From Methanosphaera stadtmanae DSM 3091 (GTDB lineage: Archaea > Methanobacteriota > Methanobacteria > Methanobacteriales > Methanobacteriaceae), in the NCBI RefSeq assembly GCF_000012545.1, contig NC_007681.1, positions 180,001 through 212,000 of the forward strand: a stretch of DNA of 32,000 nucleotides, written 5' to 3'. The position numbers and the translations under genes are program-made. The notes beneath the pieces are model-generated. The model saw only the letters and a program-made list of their open reading frames with translations. It was not told the origin of the DNA and did not search any database. Shown here one piece after another: positions 18,269 through 28,534 of this stretch; the first letter of the stretch is position 1; each line of letters opens with the position of its first letter.

Positions 18269-18823
18269 ATGTCTTCTTTTAATTTTCTAGGAAAATTCGG
18301 AATTGTTATAATATCAGCAATACTTGCACTAATACTAGCAAGAATAGGAATAAGTTATCTTGTAATACTAATAGCTATAGGTTTTATAATAGCATTAATT
18401 ACAAAAAGTAAAGCTTATGCAGTACTAACGGGCCTTTTATACACTGTTATAAGTTATATCTTATCGTATCCTGCTGGATTGTTCCTAGTGGATTATATGC
18501 CAACAACCAATGTTACTATTCCAATAGACACAATAACAGTAGGTATTGATTTATTAATGGGAGTTTTAATACCTGCTATAGCAGCAGTAGTACTATGTGG
18601 ATTACCAGCAATAATTGGAGTAAATATTGCAGAATATATTCACAAACCAACTACTCAACCACAAAAGGAAGAACACCATTATAAAGTCATGGATAACTTC
18701 AATCAAGTACATAAAAAAGTAAATAAAAAACAAGTTGAAGCAGATATACTTCGACAAACACCTATTCAAAAAGCTAAAAATAGAAAGAAAAAAGAAAAAC
18801 AAAAAGAAGATTATAAAAAATAA
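18269..18823 (+). CDS. Hypothetical membrane protein (about 4 TM segments) with Lys-rich cytoplasmic tail
   Basis: 184 aa. Hydrophobic segments run through residue ~115, then a charged tail ...KAKNRKKKEKQKEDYKK. The next gene starts 15 nt downstream. Confidence 0.6.
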   Translation: MSSFNFLGKFGIVIISAILALILARIGISYLVILIAIGFIIALITKSKAYAVLTGLLYTVISYILSYPAGLFLVDYMPTTNVTIPIDTITVGIDLLMGVLIPAIAAVVLCGLPAIIGVNIAEYIHKPTTQPQKEEHHYKVMDNFNQVHKKVNKKQVEADILRQTPIQKAKNRKKKEKQKEDYKK

Positions 18824-18838
18824 GATAATGGTGATATA

Positions 18839-20053
18839 ATGAGTGACGTGATTATTGTAGGAGCAGGAACTGGAGGATTAAGTGTAGCAAGAGAATTGTC
18901 TAAAAATCCTGACGTGAACATCACAATAATAGAAAAAGGACCCAAAACAACACCTGGTGAATCATATAAATTCTATGATCCATGGGATAAAAATGAACTA
19001 GAATTAATAAAAACCACATGTGTAGGTGGATCATCACTAGTAATAGCAGGAAATTATGTTCCAGCATTAGTTGATGAATTAAAAGAATTTGACATAGATA
19101 TAACACCACAACTAAAACAATTAGAAGAAGAAATACAAATTCAAACAATGCCTAAATCACATGAAGGAAAGATAAACAAACTTCTAGCAGATGCTGCAAG
19201 GGAATTAGGATTAGAGATGCAACCAATGCCAAAGGGAATAAATCCAGAAAAATGTATAATATGTGGAAAATGTGCATGGGGGTGTCCTAATGGTGCAAAA
19301 TGGAGTAGTTTAGAAGATCTTAAGGTAGCACAATCCAATGGGGCAAAATTAATTACAGATGAAGGAGTAATTAATCTCATAGTGGAAGATAATAAAATAA
19401 AAGGAGTTGTAACTGATAAGGCAAATACATACTATGCAGATGTGGTAGTGCTTGCAGCAGGTGGAATAGTAACTCCAAAATTACTCAGAATTGCCGGTAT
19501 AAAAGCAGGAGAAACACTGGCTGTAGATCCATTTGTAACAATAGGTGGATATTATAAAGGAGCACAACAAGATAATGAAATACAAATGAACAAATTCATA
19601 AAACTACCACACATAGTAATAGCTTCACACACAAGTCAATTCCTACTACCAAAAATACAAGAAACACATCCTGATGCAACAAGTGATGATATAATAAGTT
19701 TCATGGTAAAAGTACCAGATAACACCAAAGGATATGTCTATGCAAATGAAGTAGTAAAAGGAATAGACTTTGAAGATGCATCATTAATAGCAAGAGGTTG
19801 TGGAATAGCTGCATCAATTCTTGTAAAAGCTGGGGCAGACATAGAAAGTATCTCTTCAACACATGTAAGGGGAGCACACCTAATATCCTCAGCAAGAATA
19901 GGAGACATAGTAGATAGTAATCTAGAAACAGAAATAGAAAACTTATATGTTGGAGATGGATGTGTACTTCCAGAAGCACCAGGACTACCACCAATATATA
20001 CAATACTAGCACTATCAAGAAGACTTGGACAATACTTAGCACAAAAATTATGA
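18839..20053 (+). CDS. FAD-dependent oxidoreductase (small GMC-like) with an embedded 4Fe-4S motif
   Basis: N-terminal dinucleotide fold VIIVGAGTGGLSVA...IIEKG. CIICGKCAWGCP (CxxCxxCxxxCP) at 19253-19288. GMC-like C-terminus LYVGDGCVLPEAPGLPP. GGTGAT SD. Confidence 0.75.
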   Translation: MSDVIIVGAGTGGLSVARELSKNPDVNITIIEKGPKTTPGESYKFYDPWDKNELELIKTTCVGGSSLVIAGNYVPALVDELKEFDIDITPQLKQLEEEIQIQTMPKSHEGKINKLLADAARELGLEMQPMPKGINPEKCIICGKCAWGCPNGAKWSSLEDLKVAQSNGAKLITDEGVINLIVEDNKIKGVVTDKANTYYADVVVLAAGGIVTPKLLRIAGIKAGETLAVDPFVTIGGYYKGAQQDNEIQMNKFIKLPHIVIASHTSQFLLPKIQETHPDATSDDIISFMVKVPDNTKGYVYANEVVKGIDFEDASLIARGCGIAASILVKAGADIESISSTHVRGAHLISSARIGDIVDSNLETEIENLYVGDGCVLPEAPGLPPIYTILALSRRLGQYLAQKL

Positions 20054-20065
20054 TGAGGGAAAATA

Positions 20066-21220
20066 ATGGAATACTTTGTAAGATATGGTGAAATTGGAAT
20101 TAAAAGTCCTAAAATAAGACATAAATTCGAAAAAAGATTAATGGATAATATAAAATCAGAACTTGAATGTGAATTTGAAAATAATCAGGGAAGATTAACA
20201 CTTAAAACAGAAGAAACTAATGAGAAAGTAGCAGATGTACTCTCAAGAGTGTTTGGAATAGTATCATACAGTCCAATAACACAAACAATAACAGATAAAG
20301 AAAAAATAAGTGAATTAATTCATGAAATAATACCAAAAGTAATAGATGAAGGAAAATTTAATCCCCAAAAAGATACATTTGCAGTAAAATGTAGAAGGGT
20401 GGGAAATCATGACTTTTCAAGTCAAGAAATGGCAGGATACTGTGGATCTGTAGTTATAGATATAACAAATGCAAAAGTAGATCTGTCAAATCCAGACTTT
20501 ACATTGTATGTGGAAATACGTGAAAATAAAACATACATGTTTACAGAAAAAATACCTGGACTTGGAGGATTACCTGTAGGATCACAGGGTTCAGTTGTAT
20601 GTCTTATATCAAGTGGAATAGACTCACCAGTTGCTTCATTCCAAATGCTTAAAAGGGGATGTAAAATAATATTACTTCACTGTGATAACAATCCATACAC
20701 AAAAAACACAATAGAAAAGGTTAAAAAACAAGCACAAAGACTACAAAGATACTCTGTAGGAGTAAAAGTTAAATTATACACAATAAACTTTGGACAATAC
20801 CTTGAACATGTAATAAAACAAGCACCACCACGTATGACTTGTGTGTTATGTAAGAGTGGGATGTATCAAACAGCAGCACAACTTGCTAAATTTAATCATG
20901 CAAATGCAATAGCAGATGGAAGTAGTATTGGACAAGTAGCATCACAAACCCTAAGAAATATAGAAGCAACACGATATAAATGTAGAATGCCAATATTTAG
21001 TCCATTAATAAGTCTTGATAAAATAGAAATAGAAGCTATAGCTAAAACAATTGGAACATATGAAACATCAATAATTCCTGATGGTGGATGTAGTGCAGTA
21101 CCAAAATATCCAGAAACAAATGCAGAATTAGATGTTGTAAATAATGTAATTGATGATATTAATCAAAAGGATGTTCTTGAAGAAGTATGGAACACATTTA
21201 CAAAAATAGATATAGATTGA
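20066..21220 (+). CDS. thiI: tRNA 4-thiouridine sulfurtransferase ThiI (archaeal type, no rhodanese domain)
   Basis: 384 aa. THUMP-like N-terminal half, PP-loop SSGIDSPVA, CxxC (TCVLCK, 20840-20851) and a third Cys (DGGCSAVP). Confidence 0.9.
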   Translation: MEYFVRYGEIGIKSPKIRHKFEKRLMDNIKSELECEFENNQGRLTLKTEETNEKVADVLSRVFGIVSYSPITQTITDKEKISELIHEIIPKVIDEGKFNPQKDTFAVKCRRVGNHDFSSQEMAGYCGSVVIDITNAKVDLSNPDFTLYVEIRENKTYMFTEKIPGLGGLPVGSQGSVVCLISSGIDSPVASFQMLKRGCKIILLHCDNNPYTKNTIEKVKKQAQRLQRYSVGVKVKLYTINFGQYLEHVIKQAPPRMTCVLCKSGMYQTAAQLAKFNHANAIADGSSIGQVASQTLRNIEATRYKCRMPIFSPLISLDKIEIEAIAKTIGTYETSIIPDGGCSAVPKYPETNAELDVVNNVIDDINQKDVLEEVWNTFTKIDID

Positions 21221-21246
21221 ATATCTATTTTTATACATTTTTTTGG

Positions 21247-21477
21247 GTGTTAACTTGTAATCTACTTAAAAATATAGATAAAGTACATACAACAGAGTTA
21301 GGAATTAAATATATTAAGAAAAATATTGATGTAAAGACGCATAGAGTACTGTAAAAATAAAATAGTAAGTAATGCAAAAATAACACGTAAAGGTAAAAAC
21401 TATTATACTGAGTTGATAATATTATAATAACAGTTAATGCTTCAAGTTTTACAATAATTACTGCACATCCATTATAA
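21247..21477 (+). pseudogene. DUF3781-family gene disrupted by two compensating frameshifts
   Basis: Phase 1: VLTCNLLKNIDKVHTTELGIKYIKKNIDVKTHRVL* (stop at 21352-21354). Phase 2: ..IEYCKNKIVSNAKITRKGKNYYTELIIL*. Back to phase 1: DNIIITVNASSFTIITAHPL* (ends 21477). When joined they resemble the DUF3781 pattern (HTT.LG..RI..N....C...I......GKN.Y......ITVNA.S.TIITAH). Confidence 0.5.
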
Positions 21478-21485
21478 GATTTTTT

Positions 21486-22643
21486 TTATAGATTTGTAAT
21501 TAAATTTGCAAGATTTTCCAGATTTTTAATTTCATACACCTTAGCACCAGCATTTTGGTAGTCTTTTACACAACTTGTAGGTGTATTCCAACGTTTTTTA
21601 TTTTCAGGATTAAATATAAGTACTTTTGAACTTTTTTGAACTATTTGTTTTAGTATTTGGGCACTCTCCAGAACACCTTCTTCTCTTTTTCCTCTCCAAT
21701 CCCTACAATCTGTTAGTATAATTACAACAGTCTTGTGATTTAGTGGTGCATCCTTTAGAAATTCTTTGAATGATTTTGCCATATCAGACTGTCCATGTAT
21801 CATTCCACGTCTTAATCTTTGGGCTGTGATATTCTGGTAGGTTTCATAGTATGATTCACTATTTAAGTATGATGTCGTGTTGATAATGGAGTTATCAAAT
21901 TCATAACTGTATATTTTATTGAATGATTTTTGACAACCATATATTATTGAAAAAAACCAACTACTTATCCAATCACAGGAACCACTAACATCACTTAGAA
22001 ATACGTGTTTATTCTTACGTACTGGGGGTTTTGATTGGTATAATTTAATTAATTTACCACCATTTTTAAGATTTCTTCGTATTGTTTTTGGCATATCTAT
22101 TGTTTTAGCATTTTTTAGTTTTCGTCTTTTTGATCGTCTATTTGCTATTTTATCTCCTAATTTTCTGCAAAGATCAAGAATTCTTTCATCAAATGAGTTA
22201 AGATGACTAATATCAGTTTTCAGTATGTCTTTTTCATGTATTCTTTTTTGTTGTAGTGTTTCTGGATTAAAATCTGGAGGTAACATCTTCTCAAGTGATA
22301 AGGGTTGTGATGATTCAATAGTGTTATCTGGAAGACTCATAATATCCTCATATTCAACTGATTTATCATCATTTTTACCATTGTATGGCATATCTTCAAG
22401 TACTTGACCTTTGGCATCATCAACATCTATAAATAAGTCATTAAAAACCTTATCAAACTTTTGATTATCGTGATGATCCTTGATATAAACACTTTTTAGT
22501 GCAGTTTGAAGATTTGTCAGACTTGTTGTACCTTTAAGTAGGTTCCATACATCACATGCAGTTTTTGTACTTCTTATACTAACTTGCATACCTTCTTCAC
22601 GTAATTGATTTGATAATGCAATGATTCTTTTATTGTCTGTCAT
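21486..22643 (-). CDS. VWA domain protein, CoxE-like
   Basis: 385 aa. CoxE-type N-terminus (LSNQLREEGMQVSIRSTKTACDVW...FDKVFNDLF), basic linker (RRSKRRKLKNAKTIDMPKTIRRNLKNGG), MIDAS DxSxS (LSDVSGS), and later VVIILTDCRDW. Confidence 0.75.
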   Translation of the reverse strand: MTDNKRIIALSNQLREEGMQVSIRSTKTACDVWNLLKGTTSLTNLQTALKSVYIKDHHDNQKFDKVFNDLFIDVDDAKGQVLEDMPYNGKNDDKSVEYEDIMSLPDNTIESSQPLSLEKMLPPDFNPETLQQKRIHEKDILKTDISHLNSFDERILDLCRKLGDKIANRRSKRRKLKNAKTIDMPKTIRRNLKNGGKLIKLYQSKPPVRKNKHVFLSDVSGSCDWISSWFFSIIYGCQKSFNKIYSYEFDNSIINTTSYLNSESYYETYQNITAQRLRRGMIHGQSDMAKSFKEFLKDAPLNHKTVVIILTDCRDWRGKREEGVLESAQILKQIVQKSSKVLIFNPENKKRWNTPTSCVKDYQNAGAKVYEIKNLENLANLITNL

Positions 22644-22829
22644 AATATTTTATCCTATTATAGATACTTATCATATAATTTCATTATTTTAATTTCATTC
22701 CTATTTTATTTTTCTTATTTTTTTCTAAAAATCTATATCTTATTAATTTAAAATATAATTATAATAAGTATTAAAATAAAATGGATATGATATTTTTTTT
22801 TAGTTTTATTTCTCAAGTAGGTTATTTAT

Positions 22830-24191
22830 ATGAAAAGAGTAGTATTGACAGGAACAGGAAGTGGTGTTGGTAAGACAACCATAGCCACTGGTATTATGAA
22901 GGCATTATCTGATGAACATAAAATACAACCATTTAAGGTAGGTCCAGATTATATTGATCCTTCATATCATAATTGTGCAACGGGAGTTTCTTCTCGTAAT
23001 TTAGATTCATTTTTCATGTCTGATGGACAGATAAGACAATCCTTCAAAAATGGAATGACATCATCCCATGCAGATTATGGAATTATTGAGGGAGTTAGAG
23101 GGTTATATGAGGGAATAAGTCCTACTAATGATATAGGAAGTACTTCTTCAATTGCAAAAGCACTTAATTCTCCAGTAATATTGATAATAAATAGTCGTAG
23201 TCTTGTTAGAAGTGCAGCAGCAATGACTCTTGGATTTAAGGCACTAGATTCACGGATAGATATTGAAGGAGTAATCTTAAACAATGTTAAAAGTCAAAAA
23301 CATTACTTAAAAACAAAGGAAGCAGTTGAAAAACTAGCAAATACTCGTGTTCTTGGAGGTATTGAGAGGGATAATTCCATATCAATGGAACAAAGACATC
23401 TTGGACTGATACCTGCCGTGGAACAAGAACGTATATCTGGACTTGTAGAGAAATGGGGAGAATTAATAAGGGAAAATATTGATCTTGATGCATTAATGGA
23501 GATAATGGATAATTCTAATCCAATAATTAATGAATATGAACCAATATGGTCACCTAATAAAACAAAACATAAAACAAGAATAGCTGTTCCATTTGATGAA
23601 GCCTTTAACTTCTATTATAAGGAAAATCTTGAAGCACTAGAATATAACAATGCTAAAATAGAATACTTCAGTCCAATACATGATGAACAATTACCATCTG
23701 TTGATGCATTGTATATTGGTGGAGGATATCCTGAAATATTTAAGAAGGAATTATCAAAAAATACTACAATGCTTGAATCAATAAAAGAATTTTCACAAGA
23801 TAATCATCCAATATATGCTGAATGTGGAGGACTCATGTATCTGTGTAAAACAATAGATTCTCTACCTATGGTTGATGTATTTCCTTATCATTCAATGTTA
23901 ACAAAAAGGGTACAGGGACTAAGCTATACAATAGCACATGTTCAAAGGGATAATCCAATACTAAAGAAAAATACAACATATCATGGACATGAATTCCATT
24001 ATTCTAAGGTAGAATACACAGGCTCAAATTCAAATGACTTTGCATTTAGTATGAGACGTGGTGTTGGAATAACAGGTAAATATGATGGATTACTAAAAAA
24101 TAACACATTGGCAAGTTATATTCACACCCATACTGCATGTTTACCAGATTTTGGATATAATTTTACACAGTCTGCATATGAAAATAAATAA
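22830..24191 (+). CDS. Cobyrinate / Ni-sirohydrochlorin a,c-diamide synthase family (CbiA/CfbB); paralog not resolvable by eye
   Basis: 453 aa. N-terminal P-loop [11 protein letters not shown]-terminal glutamine amidotransferase domain with AECGGLMYL nucleophile context. Confidence 0.85.
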   Translation: MKRVVLTGTGSGVGKTTIATGIMKALSDEHKIQPFKVGPDYIDPSYHNCATGVSSRNLDSFFMSDGQIRQSFKNGMTSSHADYGIIEGVRGLYEGISPTNDIGSTSSIAKALNSPVILIINSRSLVRSAAAMTLGFKALDSRIDIEGVILNNVKSQKHYLKTKEAVEKLANTRVLGGIERDNSISMEQRHLGLIPAVEQERISGLVEKWGELIRENIDLDALMEIMDNSNPIINEYEPIWSPNKTKHKTRIAVPFDEAFNFYYKENLEALEYNNAKIEYFSPIHDEQLPSVDALYIGGGYPEIFKKELSKNTTMLESIKEFSQDNHPIYAECGGLMYLCKTIDSLPMVDVFPYHSMLTKRVQGLSYTIAHVQRDNPILKKNTTYHGHEFHYSKVEYTGSNSNDFAFSMRRGVGITGKYDGLLKNNTLASYIHTHTACLPDFGYNFTQSAYENK

Positions 24192-24243
24192 AATAATATA
24201 AAAAAAATAAGTATAGAATTTATGTAATAATAAGAGTGAAATC

Positions 24244-25074
24244 ATGGTAGTAAAAATAGGAATTGTAAAAGTTGGTAACATAGGAACATCTGTATTAATA
24301 GACATGATATTAGATGAAAGAGCAGATAGGGAAGATATTGATGTGAGAACAATAAGTTCTGGAGCTAAAATGGGTAAAAATCAGATGGATGATGTTTTAC
24401 CAAAGATTGATGAGTATAATCCAGATGTTATTATATTTATTAGTCCAGATCCTGGAGCTAAATCCCCATCCTCTGCAAGAGAAACACTATCTAAAAAGAA
24501 TATTCCAACAATTGTAATTGGTGATGGACCAGGGGAACGTGCAATTGGTTCTATGAAGGAACAAGGTCTTGGATATATTATAGTAAAGGCTGATTCAATG
24601 ATTGGAGCAAGAAGAGAATTTTTGGATGCTACAGAAATGGCAGTATTTAATTCTGATGTCTTGATGGTACTCTCAACAACTGGTGTATTTAGATTAATTC
24701 ATAAAACATTAGATAAAGTAATACGGGATATTGATGAAGATAAATTATATTCACTACCAGAACTTGTTATTACTGCGGAAAATGCTGTGGATGCAGCTGA
24801 CTTTAAAAATCCATATGCTAAAAGTAAAGCTATTGCAGCATATTCCATTGCATGTCAGGTATCTTCTATGAATGTAAGAGCTTGTTTTAAAACAAAGGAT
24901 TATCATGTTTATATTCCACTTGTAAGTGCTGCTCATGAAATGATGTCTGCAGCATCAAAACTTGCATATGAAGCAAGAGAAATAGAAAAAAGTAATGATA
25001 CTGTTGTTAGAACAGCTCATAGAAGAAATGGATCCATATTATATGGGACTTCGTTAAATGATAATAAAGAATAG
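24244..25074 (+). CDS. mtd: F420-dependent methylenetetrahydromethanopterin dehydrogenase
   Basis: 276 aa. MVVKIGIVKVGNIGTSVLIDMILDERADREDIDVR..., GLGYIIVKADSMIGARREFLD and IPLVSAAHEMMSAASKLAYEAREIEK closely match Mtd proteins of Methanobacteriales as I recall them. Confidence 0.9.
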   Translation: MVVKIGIVKVGNIGTSVLIDMILDERADREDIDVRTISSGAKMGKNQMDDVLPKIDEYNPDVIIFISPDPGAKSPSSARETLSKKNIPTIVIGDGPGERAIGSMKEQGLGYIIVKADSMIGARREFLDATEMAVFNSDVLMVLSTTGVFRLIHKTLDKVIRDIDEDKLYSLPELVITAENAVDAADFKNPYAKSKAIAAYSIACQVSSMNVRACFKTKDYHVYIPLVSAAHEMMSAASKLAYEAREIEKSNDTVVRTAHRRNGSILYGTSLNDNKE

Positions 25075-25102
25075 ATACTTATAATAAAGTGTAGGGAAAG
25101 TT

Positions 25103-25684
25103 CTATAATTTTCCCTTTGTACTTAATATTTGATTATGTGTGATTTTTGTAGCATCATTTAAGCTACGTGCTAAGGCTTTAAATATAACCTCACATATAT
25201 GATGATCATTTTCACCTTCAGCTTTTATATTGATATTCATTTGACTTGTCATTGCAAAGGATTCAAAGAAGTGTTTAATATTTTGGGAGGTAACATCTCC
25301 AATGTACTGATATTGGAAAGTAGCATTAAATACAGTGTAGCTACGTCCACTAATATCAACTGCTACAGTTGATAGTGATTCATCCATTGGTACTATGGAA
25401 TAACCCATTCTATTTATTCCACGTTTATCGCCAAGAGCTTCTCTAAAACATTTTCCAAGCAATAGTCCTGTATCTTCTATGGTATGATGATCATCTACTT
25501 CAATATCTCCATCTACATTTATTTCTAAGTCAAAAAATCCATGACGACTAAATGATTCTAGCATATGATCAAAGAATTTAAGACCTGTGTCAATGTGACT
25601 TTCACCATTTCCATCTATGTTTAATTTTATTTTTATGTCTGTTTCACGTGTTTTTCTAGTTAGTTCTACTTTTCGATTATTCAT
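25103..25684 (-). CDS. hisB: Imidazoleglycerol-phosphate dehydratase
   Basis: 193 aa. [48 protein letters not shown] and [17 protein letters not shown] are IGPD signature motifs. Confidence 0.92.
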
Positions 25685-25706
25685 TACATATTCCCCAGTG
25701 TCATGT

Positions 25707-27257
25707 TTATTTATATATTAAGTCGTGTTTTTCTATAAATTTTACTATTTTTTCTATATATGGTTTAATGAATTTTATTTTATAAAGATATGCTGTGAAA
25801 AAATCAATATCTCTTTTGGAGAGTGCTCTAAGAAGTATTAATGATAACACATAGATTACACATCCTACAACACAACCAATTATAGATCCAATTATTGTTT
25901 TTGGAATTATAATACAAGCTATTGTTAAAATAATATTACTTATAATGATCATAAGAATATTCTTCCATGGGATTGATATTCTCGTATTTCTTATAACACA
26001 GTATAATATTACAATCATCAATATACATGTGGCGATGGTAGTTGCAATTGCTGCACCAACAATACCAATTGATTTTACAAATAACACATTCAATGTAATA
26101 TTCATTATAATACCAACAATCAATATATACATTGGAAGTTTAGGCTGTCCTGTTCCCTGCAATATACTACTACAAATCATGTAGATACTGTAGAATGACA
26201 TTCCAATAACAAGAATACTTAAAACATCTGAACTTGGAATGTAGGTATGTCCAAATAATATAATTAAAATAGGACAACTAAATACACTAATAAGAATACA
26301 CATTGGAACAACAGTTAAAATACCATATCTTAAACAATCAACAACATACTCCTGTAAAAGACTTCTATTACCCAATGCATATGCTTCAGAAGCAGCTGGA
26401 AGTAGTACTGTTGATATTGAAAGTGAAATTATAAGAGGTATTCTAGATATTGGATCTGCTGCATTGTAATATCCCACATCTGTAGATAACATGAATATAC
26501 CAATAATAATAGTACCAACATCATAAATAGCCATTTCTGAAAGGGCAGTGATTGCAACAGGAATAGCAAAACATATAAGCTTCCAAAGAAGAGATAATTC
26601 TTCATGAAATGTTAAATCAAGTGAATCTTCAGTTTTAAATATGGGATCAATATATTTCTTATATAAAAATACAGCTGTAATAGCAGATATTATAAATCCA
26701 AAGGCACTACCTAAAACAGCACCCATAGCATACATACCAAAGTATACAAAGATACATGCAAAAACAATGGTTGATACCTGTTCTGCCATTCTATTATAAA
26801 CAGTGTACTCATTTTTATATGTTCCCTGAAATGCTCCACGCATAGAACCTACAACAACACTAAATGGTGTGATTAAACACACTGCTCTAAGAGGCCATAC
26901 AACAAGTGGTTTGCGAAAAATGTTATTTGCAATAAAATCTGATGAAAATAACAACACAATACTAAGCAAAATAGCCATAAGTATCATAAACTTAGTTGAT
27001 GTAATTATAATTTGTCTAGAAAGTGCTTTTTCATCTTTAGCATTGTATTGGGCAACATATTTTGATATGGCAGGGGGTAATCCTCCAGCAGACAGTATTT
27101 GAAAGATTCCTTGAAAAGGAAGTGTTAGACCATATAATCCATATCCTTCTGGACCTAACATTCTACTCATAAGTAGTCTGTTAATATATCCTCCAACACG
27201 AAATAATAAATTACCAATTAATAGAATAAAACTACTTTTGAGAACTTTATTTGCCAT
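25707..27257 (-). CDS. MOP-superfamily polysaccharide/oligosaccharide flippase (Wzx/MurJ-like)
   Basis: 516 aa and about 14 TM segments. The N-terminus, [39 protein letters not shown]...[15 protein letters not shown], is typical of the Polysacc_synt/flippase family. Confidence 0.8.
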
Positions 27258-27421
27258 TATTTCATATCCATTTTAAATATTAATTGTATACTTCTATATA
27301 ATGTCTTATTTTCATATACTCTATTTTTCTAAAAATAAAATAAAATGTTTATATCAGTTTATAGAAATATACATACTAGTATATTATTTAGTATTTATAC
27401 AAGTACATCTTTTAACTTTTT

Positions 27422-28534
27422 ATGGTCGATATTATGAATTATAAGAATTTTGATATTTTTTCACCAATAATCGTAGTTTTATTGGTTATTTTGTATTTAG
27501 TTTTTTCATTTGTAGCATTTAATTATCATCTGAAAGAATTAGTCGGTATAAATACTAATACGATAGGAATTATATTTTTAGGATTAATGGCATATATTAT
27601 AGGAATGATTTCTATAAAATACTTGCTAAAAAATAGAAAATTATCTATTAAAGAGGAAAAGCTTGAGAAAATAACTTCAGAAAAGATAATATTATCTTGT
27701 GTAATACTTGGAATATTATTACAAATTATAAATATGATCTATCTTGGAGGAATTCCATTATTTAGTGGATACTTAAAGGCACATGCTGCAACAAGAATAT
27801 GGCTTTTATCTTATCTGTTATTTTTACCTTCAATTAACATATTACTGGCAAAGTATCATGATAGAAGATATTATATACTATTTATAGTGGGATTGTTATT
27901 ATTTGTATGTACAGGTTATCGTACAACAGCAATAGCAATAGTACTGAGTGTATTAATCACTATTTACTATACAAGAAATCTTCCCTGGAAATACTTGTTT
28001 ATTGCACTAGTAGCAATATTCATATTACTGTTGGTTGTAGGATATGTGGCAGTACAATCTATTGAATGGCAAACATGGACATTAAATCCATTGGAATTAC
28101 TCTTTTATAGAGCAGGATACACTCTTCAAGTATTAGATCATGCAGTATTACTACAGGGAAGTACACATGGACAATTACTCTATAATACTTTAATGGGATT
28201 TTTCAAATCATCAGATCCTAGAGTTATAGTGGGTTTAACAACACTAGGATATGCTCATTCAACAACATCTATGATATTTGGACCAGCATTACTTGACTTT
28301 GGATTATATGCAATGCTTATTCAAATGTTTATAATAGGGGGACTAATGAATATATTATACTATATACAAAGAAGTCTTGGAGGAATATATGTAGCATTAT
28401 ATGCAATGTTAATTGCCCATGTAATAATATGGATTGAAACAGGACCAACAGATTTAGTAATAATATTGTTCTTTGTAATATCAATAATAATTACAATTTA
28501 TACAATAACCATTGAAAAGGAGGGGAATAAATGA
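27422..28534 (+). CDS. Polytopic membrane protein, oligosaccharide repeat-unit polymerase (Wzy)-like
   Basis: 370 aa, 10 or more hydrophobic segments, no soluble domain. It is divergent from the flippase, and its stop overlaps the start of the downstream glycosyltransferase (ATGA). The function is inferred from context and topology only. Confidence 0.45.
   Translation: MVDIMNYKNFDIFSPIIVVLLVILYLVFSFVAFNYHLKELVGINTNTIGIIFLGLMAYIIGMISIKYLLKNRKLSIKEEKLEKITSEKIILSCVILGILLQIINMIYLGGIPLFSGYLKAHAATRIWLLSYLLFLPSINILLAKYHDRRYYILFIVGLLLFVCTGYRTTAIAIVLSVLITIYYTRNLPWKYLFIALVAIFILLLVVGYVAVQSIEWQTWTLNPLELLFYRAGYTLQVLDHAVLLQGSTHGQLLYNTLMGFFKSSDPRVIVGLTTLGYAHSTTSMIFGPALLDFGLYAMLIQMFIIGGLMNILYYIQRSLGGIYVALYAMLIAHVIIWIETGPTDLVIILFFVISIIITIYTITIEKEGNK

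Noticed and set aside
19701-20042. 113-aa minus-strand ORF, plus 18921..19148 and 19141..19380, inside the FAD oxidoreductase gene
   Set aside because: They are antisense to a gene with clear FAD and GMC motifs. The translations are Leu/Val/His-rich nonsense with no motifs.
20049-20056. ATGATGA C-box-like motif suggesting a C/D-box sRNA in the oxidoreductase-thiI spacer
   Set aside because: No D box (CTGA) or guide architecture lies within the expected distance. The motif simply spans the stop codon region.
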